41,919 nucleotides of DNA, taken from the sequence record SRR20825006_2260. One strand, written 5' to 3'. Under the pieces are notes generated by a model that was not told where the DNA came from, did no database searches, and saw only the letters and a list, made by a program, of their open reading frames with translations. The position numbers and the translations under genes were made by a program. Positions 38,723 through 41,919 of this stretch are shown in pieces (position 1 is the first letter of the stretch; each line of letters opens with the position of its first letter).

Positions 38723-40285
38723 ATGCAAACCGCACTTTCACTAGTCCGCTTGTTTCTTCCCGCGTTGCTAGGCGTGGTTATCAGCGGAGCCGTTGGTCAA
38801 GCTGCCGACGAGCTTCCTCAAACACCCAAACGCGATGGAGTTGAGCCACGCAACGTGGTCTTCATCTTGACCGATGACCATCGATTTGACGCGATGGGTT
38901 GTGCTGGTCACCCATTCTTAGAAACCCCAAACTTGGATTCGATCGCGGCTAACGGCACGCATATCAAGAACGCGTTTGTCACGACCAGCTTGTGCTCACC
39001 CAGCCGTGCGTCCATCTTGACCGGTCTGTACACCCACAAGCACCGCGTGATCGACAACAACCGTTTGGTACCTGACGGCACGTTGTTCTTTCCGCAGTAT
39101 TTGCAACGAGCAGGATACGACACCGCCTTTGTCGGAAAATGGCACATGGGCGGGCACCACGACGACCCGCGTCCGGGCTTTGACCACTGGGTCAGTTTTC
39201 GTGGTCAAGGAAACTATCTGCCGCCCGGTCCCAAGTACACGCTCAACGTCAATGGCGAACGAGTGAAGCAAAAGGGATACATCACCGATGAATTGACTGA
39301 CTACGCAGTGGACTGGTTGAAAGAACGCGACGACGACAAACCATTCCTTCTCTACCTGTCTCACAAGGCTGTCCATTCCAATTTCACTCCCGCTGAACGA
39401 CACCAGGGTCGCTATGCGGATGAAGACCTCAGTTTTTTGCCGACCGGAAAAGAATTATCCGCTGACAAAAACACGCCCCGCTGGGTCCGTGATCAGAAAA
39501 ACAGCTGGCACGGAATTGATTTCTCGTACCACAGCGACAAGGGACTGGACTATCTGTACCGTCGCTATTGCGAATCAGTGTTGGCTGTCGATGACAGCGT
39601 TGGCCGTGTGCTGCTGCAGCTCAAGGACATGGGAATCCATGATGACACGTTGATCATTTACATGGGCGACAACGGGTTCATGTGGGGCGAGCACGGATTG
39701 ATTGACAAACGTGTCTCTTACGAAGCCTCGATTCGCGTTCCGATGCTGATGCAATGCCCCAACCTGTTCGACGGTGGCAAACCAATCGAGAACGTGGTTG
39801 GAAACATCGACGTCGGACCGACCATCCTGCACGCCGCAGGTTTGCAGACACCGGAATACATGGATGGTCAAAGCTTCCTTGATCTACCCAACAATCGCGA
39901 CGCCGATTGGCGGAAGTACTTCTTGTACGTCTACTACTGGGAAAAGAACTTCCCGCAAACCCCAACCCAGTTTGCCTTGCGAGGTGATCGCTTTAAATAC
40001 ATCACCTACTACGGGCTTTGGGACACCGACGAGTTGTATGATTTGCAAACCGATCCTGACGAGCTGAACAATCTGATTCACGATCCGGACTACAAATCGG
40101 TCGCCAAGGAGATGGAAGATCAGCTCTACGCGATGCTCGGCGACGAAGGTGGGATGGACATTCCCATGAACCAACCTCGCGGTGGATCAAACAACAAACG
40201 CTGGTCAGAACAAGGCGGTTCCGATGCCGCCGACTTCCCAAAAGCCTTTGTCGTTGAGGAACCGATCAACCGCAACGCCAACTAA
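38723..40285 (+). CDS. Formylglycine-dependent sulfatase (S1; N-acetylglucosamine-6-sulfatase-like)
   Basis: NVVFILTDDHR, CSPSRASILTG, GKWHMG, HKAVH, GDNG, GEHGLIDKR..YEASIRVP; signal peptide. Confidence 0.94.
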   Translation: MQTALSLVRLFLPALLGVVISGAVGQAADELPQTPKRDGVEPRNVVFILTDDHRFDAMGCAGHPFLETPNLDSIAANGTHIKNAFVTTSLCSPSRASILTGLYTHKHRVIDNNRLVPDGTLFFPQYLQRAGYDTAFVGKWHMGGHHDDPRPGFDHWVSFRGQGNYLPPGPKYTLNVNGERVKQKGYITDELTDYAVDWLKERDDDKPFLLYLSHKAVHSNFTPAERHQGRYADEDLSFLPTGKELSADKNTPRWVRDQKNSWHGIDFSYHSDKGLDYLYRRYCESVLAVDDSVGRVLLQLKDMGIHDDTLIIYMGDNGFMWGEHGLIDKRVSYEASIRVPMLMQCPNLFDGGKPIENVVGNIDVGPTILHAAGLQTPEYMDGQSFLDLPNNRDADWRKYFLYVYYWEKNFPQTPTQFALRGDRFKYITYYGLWDTDELYDLQTDPDELNNLIHDPDYKSVAKEMEDQLYAMLGDEGGMDIPMNQPRGGSNNKRWSEQGGSDAADFPKAFVVEEPINRNAN

Positions 40286-40356
40286 AACGAAGCATCCGTT
40301 TCATCAGGCAAGCCGAGCGTTAACCATTGACTCGGCGAACACGACCAATCCATCGC

Positions 40357-40392
40357 AAGCGGCGGCGCTCTCTCAAGAGCCCGCCGCTTTTT
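40357..40392 (+). terminator. Rho-independent terminator after the sulfatase
   Basis: AAGCGGCGG-CGCTCT CTCA AGAGC-CCGCCGCTT stem followed by T-tract. Confidence 0.8.
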
Positions 40393-40442
40393 CATTGAAC
40401 CCCAAAACTCTCCCCTTCCGTATGGTGCCACCCACCATCCTG

Positions 40443-40470
40443 TTGACTAAACTGCCGCTTTGCGTATGAT
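40443..40470 (+). promoter_or_regulatory. Sigma70-like promoter of the transposase gene
   Basis: TTGACT-N16-TATGAT about 35 nt upstream of ATG 40506; GGAG RBS at 40493. Confidence 0.55.
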
Positions 40471-40505
40471 GTTTTTCTCTTGATAATTCCTTGGAGAACC
40501 GAGCG

Positions 40506-41666
40506 ATGCCACGGCCTCAACGATGTGAACAGTTCGATCCCGCTGAAGTTGGAATTGTGCACGTGGTCCAACGATGCGTCCGCCGTGCGTTTCTCGCGGG
40601 TTTAGACCACGCGAGTGGCAGGGACTACTCGTTCCGCAAGGAATGGATTCGCCGGCGGATGGAAGCTCTCGCTTCAGTTTTTGCAGTCGATGTGCTTTCC
40701 TATGCCATCATGAGCAACCACATGCACCAGATCCTCCGCAATCGTCCGGATGTTTGTGCCCAGTGGACTGACGAGGAAGTTGCCATTCGGTGGCTGCGTG
40801 TCTTTCCAGGGCGTCGCATGGAAGAACACTTGGCCGAACCCACCGAAAACGACGTTCAGATGCTGGTTCGCAACAAAGAGCGACTGGCCGAAGTCCGAAG
40901 TCGCTTGTCTGACATTTCCTGGTTCATGCGAGCCTTAGCGGAACCGATTGCTAGGATGGCGAACAAACAGGACGAGTGCACCGGCAGGTTCTGGGAAGGT
41001 CGCTTCAAGGCACAAAGAATCGTCGACGAAGCTGGTTTGCTCGCGTGCAGCATGTACGTTGATCTGAACCCGGTCCGCGCCGCTATGTCGGAAACGCCTG
41101 AGACAAGCCCACACACCAGCGCTTACGATCGGATCGAAGCTCGAAAGGGTGAACGAATCCCTTCTGCAGCGTTTGACCTCAAGCCGATTCCCACCGAAGA
41201 AGCCGACCGTGAAATCCGAGAGACACCAGTCGAAGCCCTTCAACAAAAACGGAAGGCGAAACGGCGCAATCCAACCGGCAAACGCATTCGACGTGATGAA
41301 TGGTTGAGTCCTTTGACGCTACGCGAATCGGATCTCTCGACTGAACCACAAATGCACACCAAAGGATTTCGCAGCAGTGACCGCGGATTCTTGAACATTC
41401 GCTGGAGTGACTACAAACGACTGCTGGACTGGACGGCAGCACAGGCGGTTGTCAACCAAGCCGGCGAATTGCCCGAGCGTCTCGCAAGAACTCTGTCCGA
41501 GATCGGAATTGAGGCTTCGATGTGGCGAGACTTGGTGTGGGATTGGCAGAAGTATTTCGGGAAAACGAGCTGCATCGGTCGTCCTGATTCACTCAAGGCG
41601 GCCGCTGAACGCACCGGTCGCCACCATCACCGCGGTCAAGTCCAAGCGGCGGGTTGCTTTTGCTAG
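40506..41666 (+). CDS. Y1 HUH transposase (IS200/RAYT-like)
   Basis: HVVQRCVRRAFL, YAIMSNHMH (HUH), GRFWEGRFK, YVDLNPVRA (catalytic Tyr plus NP motif). Confidence 0.88.
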   Translation: MPRPQRCEQFDPAEVGIVHVVQRCVRRAFLAGLDHASGRDYSFRKEWIRRRMEALASVFAVDVLSYAIMSNHMHQILRNRPDVCAQWTDEEVAIRWLRVFPGRRMEEHLAEPTENDVQMLVRNKERLAEVRSRLSDISWFMRALAEPIARMANKQDECTGRFWEGRFKAQRIVDEAGLLACSMYVDLNPVRAAMSETPETSPHTSAYDRIEARKGERIPSAAFDLKPIPTEEADREIRETPVEALQQKRKAKRRNPTGKRIRRDEWLSPLTLRESDLSTEPQMHTKGFRSSDRGFLNIRWSDYKRLLDWTAAQAVVNQAGELPERLARTLSEIGIEASMWRDLVWDWQKYFGKTSCIGRPDSLKAAAERTGRHHHRGQVQAAGCFC

Positions 41667-41919
41667 TCCCAACGAATCAACCTTCAGGAATCACCCGCAA
41701 CCCCTCCTGACGATGGCAAGATTGAACTCAATCAGGCCTGCCAAAAGCGACGTTCTGCGTTGGCAGTTTGTGCACAGTGAATCAGCAAACGGCAAACGAT
41801 GGCGACGTCCCAAATTGCCTCGCGTTTCCCGATCCTCATCTCCACAAACCGCGACAATCATTCGTTAGCTAACCAGTAGCCGACGGAGATCCTCGGTCAG
41901 CCTGAAAAGAACCGGTGAA

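Overview
About 42 kb of bacterial chromosome. Gene families (DUF1501/DUF1800, DUF1552/DUF1592-type cytochrome, Rhodopirellula-type ECF sigma, two sulfatases) point to a planctomycete, probably Rhodopirellula-like (inference). Bases 1-10.95 kb look like a degraded island at the 3' end of a tRNA-Arg(TCG). It holds blaI, a giant BlaR1/M56 sensor with repeated extracellular modules (possibly frameshift-split), DUF1800 with an in-frame 55-bp palindromic REP-like insertion, DUF1501 and a truncated integrase. Next come a heptaheme cytochrome c with a small His-containing membrane partner, then an ECF sigma/FecR/DUF1592/DUF1552/sulfatase cluster and a beta-helix protein. The rest holds an ABC transporter, smpB, lipA, an AspT/YidE transporter, a TetR-MFP-RND efflux operon with a tandem operator, a delta-9 desaturase, epmA, a NIP-like aquaporin fused in frame to an SGNH-like protein, a second sulfatase and a RAYT-like Y1 transposase. 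No CRISPR array or rRNA was seen. All family calls come from motif recognition by eye; no database searches were run.
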